A stretch of DNA of 64,000 nucleotides, from contig CAJFCJ010000002.1 in assembly GCA_904063045.1 (NCBI GenBank), positions 372,001 through 436,000 of the forward strand. Reading direction: 5' to 3'. Position 1 is the first letter of the stretch; each line of letters starts with the position of its first letter. The translations under genes were made by a program, and so were the position numbers. This stretch comes from Dimorphilus gyrociliatus. Its lineage: Eukaryota > Animalia > Annelida. This document shows positions 12,786 to 25,853 of the stretch, piece by piece. The notes below the pieces were generated by a model. That model did no database searches. It saw only the letters and a list, made by a program, of their open reading frames with translations, and was not told the DNA's origin.

Positions 12786-14261
12786 TTAATTAGTAAATGG
12801 TAAAATTGCAAACATTACTAAAGTAATAATTGTAATACTCAAAGTGAATATAATAATACAAAATCTATCAAAAATTGCAGCTATTTTCCTCCAATCGCTA
12901 CTCCTGGAAGATGATGGATCCTTATTGACTTCAAAAACTGTTTTGTTACCATATTTCATGCCAACAAATCTTCCCATAATCTTAAATACGAAATATTTTA
13001 GTTTTGGAGGTACTCTTGAATTCTTATAATGTAGTTTTACAATTAGGACTGTACAGACAAGAGATATACTCATCACAACCATAATAATTATTATATATAA
13101 GGCAATAATAGGTGCCTCATCGGAATTTCTCGGTAAAATATCATTTAATACCAAGAGAAATACCGTAAAACTCAACATTACAGTCATACACATGCTAATT
13201 CTCTCTCCTCCTTCACTAGGTATAAGAAAGCTAATAATAGAAATGAATGACAAGAGAATGCATGGTAAAACAACAATTATAACAAAATACAACGGTTTTC
13301 TTTTTATTTTCAATGTTACTTTTAAAGAGCAATAATCGTATTCATCGAAACCTGATCTTCTAGTTTTTACAACGTCTGTATCTTCTAAATTCCATTCGGA
13401 GTTTTCGTTATAATTTTCTAAATTGACTTTACTATGATTTGCAAATAATTCAACTTCACTACAAGTTCTTGTCCAAACAGTAACAATTATTTCACAAGTT
13501 TGCCTATCGAATGGGAATTTTCTCATATTCAATGAACAAGATGTTGTAAATCTTCCACCTGGAGAGTAAAGAACCTCACCAGTATAAAATACTTCGGCTT
13601 GAAAATATTTTGTAAATTGTTCATTATAAAATTCAAGGGCGTTATTCTCTTGAACTAAATCTGGTAACCAAACATTTTTAGCCGGTAGTACAATTCTTTG
13701 AATTCCGCTAAAATTATCTGGATTCCACTCTAAATTGATATCTTTCCATATCTATAAGAAAAGAAAAAGAACCAATATATTTTTTATTGGATATCAAATT
13801 CCTATAAAAATTCGAAAACCAATAACAATTTATGTTTAGGCCTATGTTTTTCTCTTTTAAAAATCCTTAATAAAAAGTAAAAAAAAAACGTAGCTATTCT
13901 TAAATTTGTCCTCGTTTAGTATTTTCTTATAAAATAATTATGATTACATTATTAAAAATAATATTTATGCTATCTCTATTTTGATGTATAGGTAAAATAT
14001 TGTAGCACAAACCATAGCTTGCCAAGCGAAGACGCTAAGCTTTTGATCTCTTTCATCAACATTCTGTATTTCAATCAGTTTTAAATCGTACATCACTTCA
14101 ACTGTTTCGCTGAGATTATTCGTAGGTCTTGCCCTTTTTTCGTACCCAAGCATTAAATATCTTATTAAGTCTGTTTCAGTATGATTTGTTCTGGTTGAGC
14201 AGTCGCAGATGATGGCAAAGGCGCCGATGAAAAGTAAATATCTCAGTATACTCTTAAACAT
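12786..14261 (-). CDS. nAChR-like Cys-loop ligand-gated cation channel subunit, non-alpha type (2 exons: 14261-14013, 13751-12786; 404 aa)
   Basis: Signal peptide, loop A WLPD, Cys-loop CSLNMRKFPFDRQTC (C-X13-C), four TM helices, and GER before M2. No vicinal Cys in loop C. Confidence 0.93.
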
Positions 14262-14677
14262 AACGAATTGTCAAAAAACATCAATTTGCGAACTTTAGGC
14301 AGCTTATCCGACTAAATGAGTGAAAAAAAAGAGAGTATCAGAGCAGCCCAGGCCTTATCTATGCAGATACTCATTTAACTAGCCATATAAACTGTATTGA
14401 AACCGAAATTATATCTCAACAAACCTTTTAAATGACTTTAAAAATACGTCATACATGAACAAAATGAACACTCATCTGAATTCAGAAAAGAGAAGCGGTA
14501 CACGAACTAACATCAATATTGAACTCTGAGCTTTTATTCTCATTACAATTCCTAAAATTTTTACCAATACTACTTTTTCATACTCCTATATGAATAGGTT
14601 GTATTGCACCCTCAATACAATAGATGCTAATATAGAACTGTCTATTTTTTGTGTTCTGTGCATTAGTAGACGTAAAG

Positions 14678-14680
<3 letters not shown>

Positions 14681-14726
<46 letters not shown>
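14681..14726 (+). repeat. (GA)23 microsatellite
   Basis: Perfect GA run. It produces three spurious ORFs in the track. Confidence 0.97.
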
Positions 14727-14729
<3 letters not shown>

Positions 14730-14919
14730 GTGTTTTGTGTATATTAATATCATAATAACACAATTTGCGAACAATTATATCTATAGATAAGTGTTAACTT
14801 GTTTATCAACATATCTTTCCTATTCAAACGGAAGAACGAATCAATTTACGTGTCAATAGTACTTTAAACACGAATCTCACATTAAAATAGATATCTAAAG
14901 TATTTGCTTATATACAGCA

Positions 14920-14923
<4 letters not shown>

Positions 14924-14962
<39 letters not shown>
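14924..14962 (+). repeat. (TA)n microsatellite, about 19 units
   Basis: Perfect TA run. Confidence 0.95.
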
Positions 14963-14966
<4 letters not shown>

Positions 14967-15745
14967 TATATAATGTAAAGATCTAACATGCATGTTATTT
15001 TTTCCGAAAAATACAGTAATTTAATGGAAAAATAGCTGCGGTGGCAATTTTAAAAATAATGCAATTTTGAAATTATATATAATTATTAAGTTGCTTCTTT
15101 TTATTTTAACCTAAAAATATTTCATCTTTCATTTCAAATGACGATTATTTTTATATTAAACTCTCAGACAGCCCATATTGAAAGTTGGCATTTTAGTAAC
15201 CAACTCTGTATTCTTCATCTTAAAAGTCATTTATATATCATTACTGTGTACAAACATTTCCAGAATCACATTTTCAAAGAGACTTGTTTTAATATATCTT
15301 TCAAAAGTACACTAAACTCGTAATATCAAAGATAAGGAAGAAATTCTTTAGATAGTTTTTTGCTACCTCTTTAAAAATATATATGATACGTAAAGTTGTG
15401 TTAATTAACTCATTATTTCCTTTAATCATGTATGAACAGCTGTTTGTGTCAAGGCCTTTCCATACAGTCCGGAAACCCTTAGCAATATAGACTGAACTTT
15501 TAAAATTACATAAAACTTTTCCTAATCTTTGTCCATAAGTCTTTTTTCTCATAATTCGAATCGTTAAGGCATTGAACTTTACATGCTTTCTTTATCATTT
15601 ATAAAATATTTGACTTATTCCTAACACTTGAGCTACATGATACGAATAGCTAAACAAAAATATTTGCTATAACCATAAGACTGATTAATTCATCTTAGAA
15701 TTGACGAGTTTCCAACGATTCTTATTAAACACACCAATAAAACTG

Positions 15746-15780
15746 ATAGATGGCGTCCTTTCAAAATCGCCATCTATAGG
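15746..15780. promoter_or_regulatory. Inverted pair of CTCF-like motifs upstream of RUNX
   Basis: ATAGATGGCG (15746-15755) and CGCCATCTAT (15768-15777) form a perfect 10-bp inverted repeat with a 12-bp spacer. Confidence 0.6.
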
Positions 15781-16589
15781 TGACGTTTGCGTTCGATATA
15801 TAATCCTTTGGTTGAAAAAAATCAACAAGTGGAAAGAATTATTTTAGATATATGTTTACTTTAAATCTGCTTTCAATCGGAAATTCATAAAAAACGAACC
15901 TAAGAAGTTCACATAGACCAACATCTATTAATAGATTGTTTTAACGTTTGTACAATATTAGCAAAATCTTATCACGTTTCATTCCGCTGTACTTTGGAAT
16001 TCTTAAAAATTATAAGCTAAAATGATAGTAATCTGTTTTAATATAGACGTATTAAGCCCGGAAGCTATCCAATAATTGGGTTAATAGTCACGTCGAGTAA
16101 AATATTAATCATTCATAAAAAATTCAGAATGAAATTTTATGCTTGAATGAAATATTGGAAGAGCGTACTACAGAACTTGTCAATAAACTTTTACAAATAT
16201 TAACAATGAATATTGTATTTTAGACAAAAACTTTATTTCCGATTGAATCATACTCCCACACAAGGCTAAAGCGAATCGATATTACTAGATGACTAATAAC
16301 TGAATACAAACTGCGCCACCTAGCGGTACTCCACCACCTCATTTCATTGCGGTTTACTACTGCAGCTGCAGCGGTTTTTGTGGCGCGTCGATTTTTTTCT
16401 GACGAAGAAAATAATATATCTACAGACAAATTTCAACTTATATTAGCAGTTATATGTCTAATGAAGATTACAGTTATTTGTCTATATATTATTAAGATAT
16501 ATAAATAATATATAGATACTTTTATTAAATAATAAGAGTATCAATAACATTTATATACTTGGTTACAATTATTATTTTTTTCTTGCTGA

Positions 16590-18195
<1,606 letters not shown>

Positions 18196-20327
18196 ACAAT
18201 CTATCATTTTAAAAGGAAATTTCTATTACCTTTTTTTCTTTTTTTTTAAATCCAATTAGTTAATTAACTAAACAAAGAGATCGAAAGGCTACAGCCACAT
18301 CAATAAATGTACGGAAGTTCTGTTCTGTCCTTTATCATTCGTCGCTATTGAAAGAGATTTTCCCGCGCGTTGACAAAGCAATATGGTATTCAGATATATA
18401 TACCTTATATAATAGAACCCTGCATTTATATATATGAATATATCGTATATACAGTAAATGTATACGAATAAACATTAAGATTTGCAAGAGGAAGATCACT
18501 AAGTAATACGAAAATAGTACGAAAATAATTAACCCAAACTCTATGTTTGTAGTATCCAGCCAACTCGTCTTCAAGCACTTTAGAGCTTTCATATACCCTT
18601 TTTTCTTCAACTTATTAATCTCTTTAGGCAAAGCAATATAAGGATTTTAATTTAGTTCTAAAAAACGGTTAAAATATGGCGCTCAATATATAAATATATT
18701 GTTTCTCTGCTTGTCAAGGCACGTGCGGGATAAAATTCTTTATTATATAGCCTGGTTCCTGAGTGAAACTCCCCTCATCCTCGTTTGCAAACAAAGGGAT
18801 TAGTATAGTTATGGAATTGGAATTTAGCGTAGGCGGACAAAATTTTCCATCTGTATACAAACTAGAAAGCGTCACCCTAACCGTTACGCGACCTAACTAG
18901 CCGGTGCACTTCTTTGTTTTCGCCTCACGAATCTAATTAGGACACGCTAAACGCCGGTTAGGTGGTCTGCCGCCGAACAGCGTCGCTTAACTAAGACGCT
19001 GGCGTCTAATACCAGACTATTTTCTCAAATAACACCTGCCGTTCTTTGTTCCTTACATATTTCTTTCTTCCCATGCGTTTTTTTTTACTTAAATATCACC
19101 AATCCCTAAAAAAAAGCCTGTTTTTTTCAAATTCAACGTTTACAGCTATATAAATAAGTATAAAAATGAATTTGTTAAAGAAAATACGACTATAGCTAAA
19201 AATACGTGAGGAATTTCATTCACAAAATCACCTTACAAAAATATGTTTTTATTTGGCCAATGTAATTGTACACTAAAGCTGGTTTATTGAGAGTAAACTA
19301 GTTCTTCTATATAGTTCTTTTAAGTCTGTCGATCGATTTTTTTCAATTATATAAACAAAGAGACTGCACGCTTTCCTCTTCAGTATAACTTTTGGTTAAA
19401 TTGAATGTACTATACATAAGGACATCGAAGACAGTAAACAACTTATCTGTCAAAAATTTGGCTACTAATCGAAGGATTATCGTTTTATGTCAATATCCGG
19501 TGCGGTGTAAAGATGTTGCGCCATCTACCGATCTCTTAAAATATCGATTGGCGAAAGTTGATGGAACCAGTCGCCCCGTACTCTTAATACAAGAGATAGT
19601 CCCCAATTTATATTCATCTTTCGTAAATATTCTTTACAGTCTTAGAATTGCAGCACAAAAAATTTTACTTGGATCAATTCCCACTCCATTTCAAATGCTA
19701 TATATAGGCAAAATCTAAATTTTGTAAAGTCAACATTTTTGTATATATAGAACTTAACCTAGTTTTTGATAAGTATTAAAATGTTTAATAAACAAGTTAT
19801 AAAATTCACTTGTTAAAACATTGAGCAATATTTACTACTACAGGTGGTAAAAATAAATCAGTGGAATCGACAATAGATGGCAGCATCTACAGCTAGGTTT
19901 AATTTGGGTATACTAGTCAATATATAAGGGCGTATAAGGTAAATTCAATAAAAGAAAGGAAAAAAAGAGTTGTATCGAATTCTTTCATACATAAGTTTTC
20001 TTATTAAGCCTATAAAAATCTAGTACTAATTGTTCATATCAATTTGCATTCTTTAAAACTTCAATATAAACGAATATCGATAAGATAATTGATAACCAAT
20101 TTACATTTTTATAGAATAGAGATTGCACAAATTAGGTCGGAAAGGAACAGATGAGAACCTTTTATCTCCTTTTTTCCTCCAACATAAGCAACAAACCAAG
20201 TAATTTGCTTCGACGTTAGAAATGAAGAAAACAAGCGGGGATGTTTTAGAGATCAATAAAAGAATACATAGATCGTTTCATTTACGTAATAAATTTAATC
20301 TCTTATCTTTAAAGGTTTTTTTTCTAC

Positions 20328-20387
20328 AGAGAGAGAGTTAGAGAGAGAAAGCGAGAGAGAGAGAGAGAGGGGGGGAGGGTAGAGAGA
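20328..20387 (+). repeat. Imperfect GA/G-rich purine tract
   Basis: AGAGAGAGAGTTAGAGAGAGAAAGCGAGAGAGAGAGAGAGAGGGGGGGAGGGT... Confidence 0.75.
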
Positions 20388-22328
20388 AAACAATCAAGTT
20401 ATATCCAACTTTTGATTTAATAATGACTATTTTAAGAAGAAAATATACAAGAAAGCAATAATATTCCTCAAAGGAGCGAAAATTTAATCAAAAAGTGATT
20501 GTTGTTGTTTAACTTGACACCTTGAACAACTTCAATTAGATTGTTTTTAATTAATATTTTACCCTGGCGGTTTATATCAATTGCGAAGTCTTTAAATTAA
20601 CTACAAATTTTAAATATAAAGTTAGAAAATCACTATATATACTGTATATTTTTAATCATTAGGGGGTAGAGAAGATGCGAAAACTCATCCGAATTTTTGC
20701 ACTTAGTATAGACATTCACAGTATTATCTACTCATACTTGATAAGTCGCGTATATTAATAGAATATCATCATTATAAGAAAGTAAACCAAAGGTTAATGG
20801 AGAAATTACATTCCGATGGGAGAAATTTAATTATTTCCTTTTGTTTCCATTCAACAGACAAATAGCAAGCTCCTAGGGGATCTTTAATGAAAACAAATAA
20901 AGAAAAAAAGAGGAACCTAACACTCTAAATGTTCGCATTGTTTTTGTATCGTGTTTAAGCAAATAGGTGGTATAATCATTCTGTTAGTTTATAATTGTGT
21001 AATGGATTTAGAGTGTGGAATTCTCATTTTCTTATTCAAAAAACTCATTTACTATCTCCTTTCTCAATATTAAAAGTAGAAAACTATCCAATGAAAAATG
21101 ACAATTTGGCTAATATATTACATTTTTGAAGGAGGTATATTTGACTTTACGAAGAAAAATAAATATTAATTCAGGTATGATTGATAGATCTGAATTATTT
21201 TGTGAGAAAACGATAATGGATATTTCATAAAGATTATTTATTTAAACCGATTTTGGAGAGCTACTCGTAAAGATCCTCGGTTCATAATCTTTATTAGAAT
21301 CCGATTTCCTTCAGATTCTTTCAGAATTGATTTTAGCTGTTGAACTCTTAGAGGGAAGGTCATTTAGCGGAAAGGAAGTAGAAACTACTAAAAAAAAGAA
21401 AGAATGACGTTTTCTGGCACATACTTCACATTTTGGAAATTAAATTGTCTTATGAATGGGTTAATAATGTCCATCTAACCAAATTTATACTATTCCATGT
21501 TGGCTAAGCTGGTGGTAAAAGTGGATAGTAAGGACGTAGCTATCCAACAAGACTGGAAATTGACATGCGAACTAACTAACGAGTTTTATTTGTTTCCCGT
21601 TCGATATATTCCTCTTCAAATAGTTATTCGATAGCTGATATAACGATACATTTGGTTGCGTGAATTTGTGCAGAATAGATAATTAATCCATGTTTATTTC
21701 TTAAATGATAGAGAACGATTTAAGCCTAGTTTTTGCATAGGAAAACCATTTAGGCAGTCTGATGCATATTTGTGGAGTAGTCTCAATCCTTTTAACCTCT
21801 GATAAAAAATAAAGGATGGAAGTGAAAATTCTGTACATAGCTCACTCAAAATTATTTGATTTTAAGTCACGAGTGCTAAAGTTTTACTTTATTTTGATTG
21901 GATGACTATTAATGAATATCCTATTAAGCTTCTTTATGAGGTATAATGTTATAAAAATCGTATTAATCGATAATAAAAATGAAAGCGTTGTCTATATGTA
22001 TAGATATTTTCATACACAATATTTTCTTAAAAGGAGAGACTTAAGCTAATAGCTCATGGCTCTTCTCTTTCTTATTCTTTCGTACTAATAGTATATTTGT
22101 GCTTCATTGTGTAAATTTATGACAGTAGACAAATCCCAAAAAGACCATTACATATGATACGGAATAAGAAGGGAAATAGTTTTTTAACACCTTACTGAAT
22201 ATTTAAACCTTGAACAGAAACCTGAATTTGGTTCGGCATCTTCAGTATGAGAGCATTAGCCCCTGTCTATATAAATAAATTTTAGAGGGCGTTACTGCTG
22301 CTCGATTTTTGCAGTGGTAGTGGGAAAG

Positions 22329-23381
22329 ATGAGCGATAGACGAGAAGAAATCCAGCTAGCCGATTGGGAAGAAAGATTATGGCTAGTAGCAAAAGTGATT
22401 ATAACATTAGCCGTAGTCTCTACTAATATTTGTCTTCTGATATCTTTGCCGATTGACAAGCGACTAAGAAACTCTGCATCAAGTCTACTCATCTTTAATA
22501 TGTCCTTCGTCGACTTGCTTATTGCTTCCTTCTACCTGACTTTCCTAATAGGTGGAGATATAGGACAAGCTTCTAATTGGTTACCCAACCGATGGAGAAC
22601 TAAACTTTGGTTAACAACATCTTCATTACTTTTATCTATGTCCATCATCACTTCATTAATCGTTAACATCGAAAGATTGATAGTTGTCATCAAACCATCA
22701 TTATCGAACAGAAGTAAAACGTTTGTCAACGTGCTCATGCTAACATTAGCCTGGATAGCATATGCTATCGGAACATTTACTTATTATTCCAACTGTGCGG
22801 AGCAAGCATCTTTGAAAGATTGGAAGAAATTAGTTATGAACGTTGCGGTGTGCGGTTGCGGTATAAAGGCCATTGTTCAATCGCTTGTTATTTTTTTCCT
22901 GCCATCGTCAGTTTCGCTAATTCTAAATATCATTATATATTGCAAGTCCCGGGCCACATATCGTCCCGTGAGACCATCAGCCGAAGAAGAAGAAGATCAA
23001 GAAGTTCCAAGGACTGCTATGACTTTTAGTCCCCTTGTAAAATGTCTTGCTCATAGCCTTTTTATTGTCCTATATCTACCTTTTTTCGTTGCTGCAATTT
23101 GTCGCCAGAGGTCAGTTCCATTAAGTTCACACATAACCTATGCCGTTCAGTGGTTTGCTGCAGTTAATTGCGCAGTAAACCCATTTATCTGGTTATTGGA
23201 TGACGATGTTCGAAAGTCTTATATCCGAGTCGTGAGGACAATTTTTTGCGAAAAGAAAAATAAGCCTATTGAGGGACGAAGTGAAAGCCTGGTCGTTCTA
23301 CAAGATGTTAGATCAGAGGATTCGATGAGAGATTTGGGAGACGCGCTAGCAAGCATGGCGGATGTGGCAGCTATACTATAA
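22329..23381 (+). CDS. Orphan class A (rhodopsin-like) GPCR, intronless
   Basis: Seven hydrophobic segments; TM1 N (VSTNICL), TM2 NMSFVDLL, TM3 end IERL, TM4 W, TM5 FFLPS, TM7 NCAVNPFIW. Confidence 0.85.
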   Translation: MSDRREEIQLADWEERLWLVAKVIITLAVVSTNICLLISLPIDKRLRNSASSLLIFNMSFVDLLIASFYLTFLIGGDIGQASNWLPNRWRTKLWLTTSSLLLSMSIITSLIVNIERLIVVIKPSLSNRSKTFVNVLMLTLAWIAYAIGTFTYYSNCAEQASLKDWKKLVMNVAVCGCGIKAIVQSLVIFFLPSSVSLILNIIIYCKSRATYRPVRPSAEEEEDQEVPRTAMTFSPLVKCLAHSLFIVLYLPFFVAAICRQRSVPLSSHITYAVQWFAAVNCAVNPFIWLLDDDVRKSYIRVVRTIFCEKKNKPIEGRSESLVVLQDVRSEDSMRDLGDALASMADVAAIL

Positions 23382-23523
23382 AAACCATGTTCAACATTAG
23401 TTGCGAATAGACCAACATAAAGTAACGTTTGATCGATCGCAATAAAAGGGCTCAATTAAGGGGATTTTTTATTTATACGTAGCCGAGTAAAAATTGTCCT
23501 TTAGCAGTTTTCTTATTTAAAGT

Positions 23524-25853
23524 TCACGTGAGGAGCATACGAGTTGGATTATGCAGCAATATAGCTTTATTTGGACGTCCAGCAATCATATAAATCGCTT
23601 GATCTTTCACAAACTCTTCCCACGTAACGATTCTGTGAATTGAAATTGAGTTAGAACTGTTCGCTTCTTTTTTAAGTTTTCCAGCTAATTATCAATTTAT
23701 AAGCGTTAAGTATAGATTTCTATTACTATTGACAAAATTTTTTCAGGGTATATTCTATAAGTCTTTTCTTATAATTGGTTAATGTGAATCCAGTAAAGTA
23801 AACTTTTGTGACAATTTGTGCAAATGATTCGTCTGCTATACCTTTTAAATTGTACGTTTAGTAGACCAGGACTATTGCTGCAATCCCTAAAAGAAACCGT
23901 AAAAGTCATCTACCTATCGCTTCTACTTAGTTGAAGAAGGAATAAGAGCTATTATACGGCGCCATCTATTGTACTCACCCGTCCCTATCAAAATCAGCTT
24001 GCATGAAAACGTTAGCGCTATTGCCAGCTCTTTCAGCCGCTATTCCTGCTCCTGGGTAGTTGGGTCTCGTCATACCATTCTCACTAGTCTTCTTTATCCT
24101 TTTTCTGTTTACTCATTTGTTTTAATGAATATATTGTATAGGCCCACAAAAAATCCTTACTCTAAACAAGCCAAACGACTTCTCTCCAACTCGTCAAGCC
24201 AGGATTTATAGGCACGATGAGCCTCTAATTCGGTTATTACTCCGTTCCTGTCGACATCGAATTTTTGGAAGAGACGTCTGAGTTTCTCCACTTCTCGAAC
24301 CGTTAATAATAAAACCACTTCTTTCTGTATCATAATAGTTTCATTAACAATTTCGATATGACACTATCAAAAGGATAGTATTTTACGAAAGGATTATAAT
24401 ACAATATAGCCCAGAGGGCCTTTTCTTATCTCTTCTTTCTTACTTTTGTTCTTCTGTTCAAGTAGGATAATGATTCATGTTTAATAAATTCCCAGTAATC
24501 AATAGATCCAGAATTATCTAAATCCATAAATCTGAAATTATACATATTCATTTCAACTTCGAATTCAGGCATTTCACTTCCTTCCTCTCTTCTATACAAA
24601 GATTTCTTGAATTCAATATACTCTTCTAAAGAGATGGAAGCGTCTAAAATAATTACAATTCTTATAATATTCTTCAACTTAAAATCGAATAGCAGATGCA
24701 AAAATGCATGTGTTATAACTGTTATGACAGTTTCTTCTATTAAAACTAATAATCATCAGGTGTCAAATGTTGTTTATAAACATCAGACAAGAGTTCTTTT
24801 ATAAGTAAACATACCTCTATTTTTGTCTAATTCCTCAAATTCATCACACATTGTACTCATTTCTTGAGGTGATAGCAAGTCGTGAATGTTATCCTAAATA
24901 TAATTAAGGTAACAATTAAAATCAATAGGTAGCTAAATATTTGTAAGTATGTTAGAGTAGCCATTGGCCTTAATCGTAAATGAAAAGTACAATTTACAAA
25001 ATGAAGCGTCTAAAGATATTTTAAAAAAATCTACAAATGAATGCTGTTGGTAATTGATAAATAACGTCAATAGCAAGGCAATTGGATTATTTACATTAAA
25101 TGATTGCTTATCAAATATATACACGTACACAATCCGGGCAACTCCATCCGATATCTGTGTTAGAATTTTTAACAAATTCGTCGAAGACCTTCTGATTTTC
25201 CAAACATTTTTTGTGGAAAGTTCTACCGCAAATTCGACAGGAATGGCAAGAACTAAGAGCGAGCTTGTTACAAATAGTGCAATTACTATCCTGTAGGCAA
25301 TTAGAAAAAGCAACTTGTCATATTTTTTTAACTATCAATAATCTCTATTTAAGTATTATACATTTACTAATGTTCCCCTTTGACTCTTCATCAGATTTTC
25401 GTGTTCTAGTTCAGAGTCTTTACAAACAGATTTTGGCGATTTATTTTCATATAAATCTGGCTGAAAATTGAATAATATTTAGCGTAATAAACTTATTATG
25501 GAAGTGACAATAATATTTTATGAGGAATGATAGGCTATAAGTGTATCAGATAATCGATTTATACTTACGAATCTACTGAACGCCTGCTCCGATACAGTGC
25601 TATTCTCTATCTCTTTCCATGATAGCTCCTTCTCTTCTTTGCTACATCATTTCGATTTATATTTATAAAATTCACACAATATTTATGGAACTAACCTTCG
25701 TCTGATAAATTCCCTCATCTCGTCCCTTGACATTGTCGGATAGGCCTGATCGACTTTTCCTTTTAAATATGTTAGTACTTGAACTTTCTTCCATACTCTC
25801 TTGGCCTTCAAATTTTCCTCCTCGTTCTCTTTCTTACTCGCTCCAGAACCCAT
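23524..25853 (-). CDS. PHF24: PHF24/GINIP orthologue: N-myristoylation motif + PHD finger + 4 EF-hands (at least 9 exons)
   Basis: Starts MGSGAS. The PHD exon 25290-25129 reads CTIC...CRICGRTFHKKC...GWSCPDC. It continues [30 protein letters not shown] and C-terminal VTWEEFVKDQAIYMIAGRPN. These parallel vertebrate PHF24 ([54 protein letters not shown]), as recalled from memory. Confidence 0.88.

Noticed and set aside
14578-14790. Three overlapping ORFs with SLSLSL/RERERE runs
   Set aside because: Artefacts of the (GA)23 microsatellite.
15138-15552. ORFs upstream of RUNX as a possible transposase remnant
   Set aside because: No recognisable catalytic motif, terminal repeats or target-site duplication.
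18874-18882. ACCCTAACC, 1.5 copies of the TTAGGG complement (telomerase-template-like)
   Set aside because: A 9-mer is expected by chance at this window size. It is complementary to 18955-18962 and would be paired. No convincing pseudoknot, CR4/5 or H/ACA elements were found.
19392-19718. 108-aa ORF downstream of RUNX
   Set aside because: Non-ATG start, no domain, and it overlaps a CTCF-like site; more likely regulatory DNA.
24933-25471. ORF-track frames 24933-25313(-), 25054-25296(+) and 25211-25471(+) as a nested gene
   Set aside because: They are off-frame or antisense shadows of the PHF24 PHD and adjacent exons.
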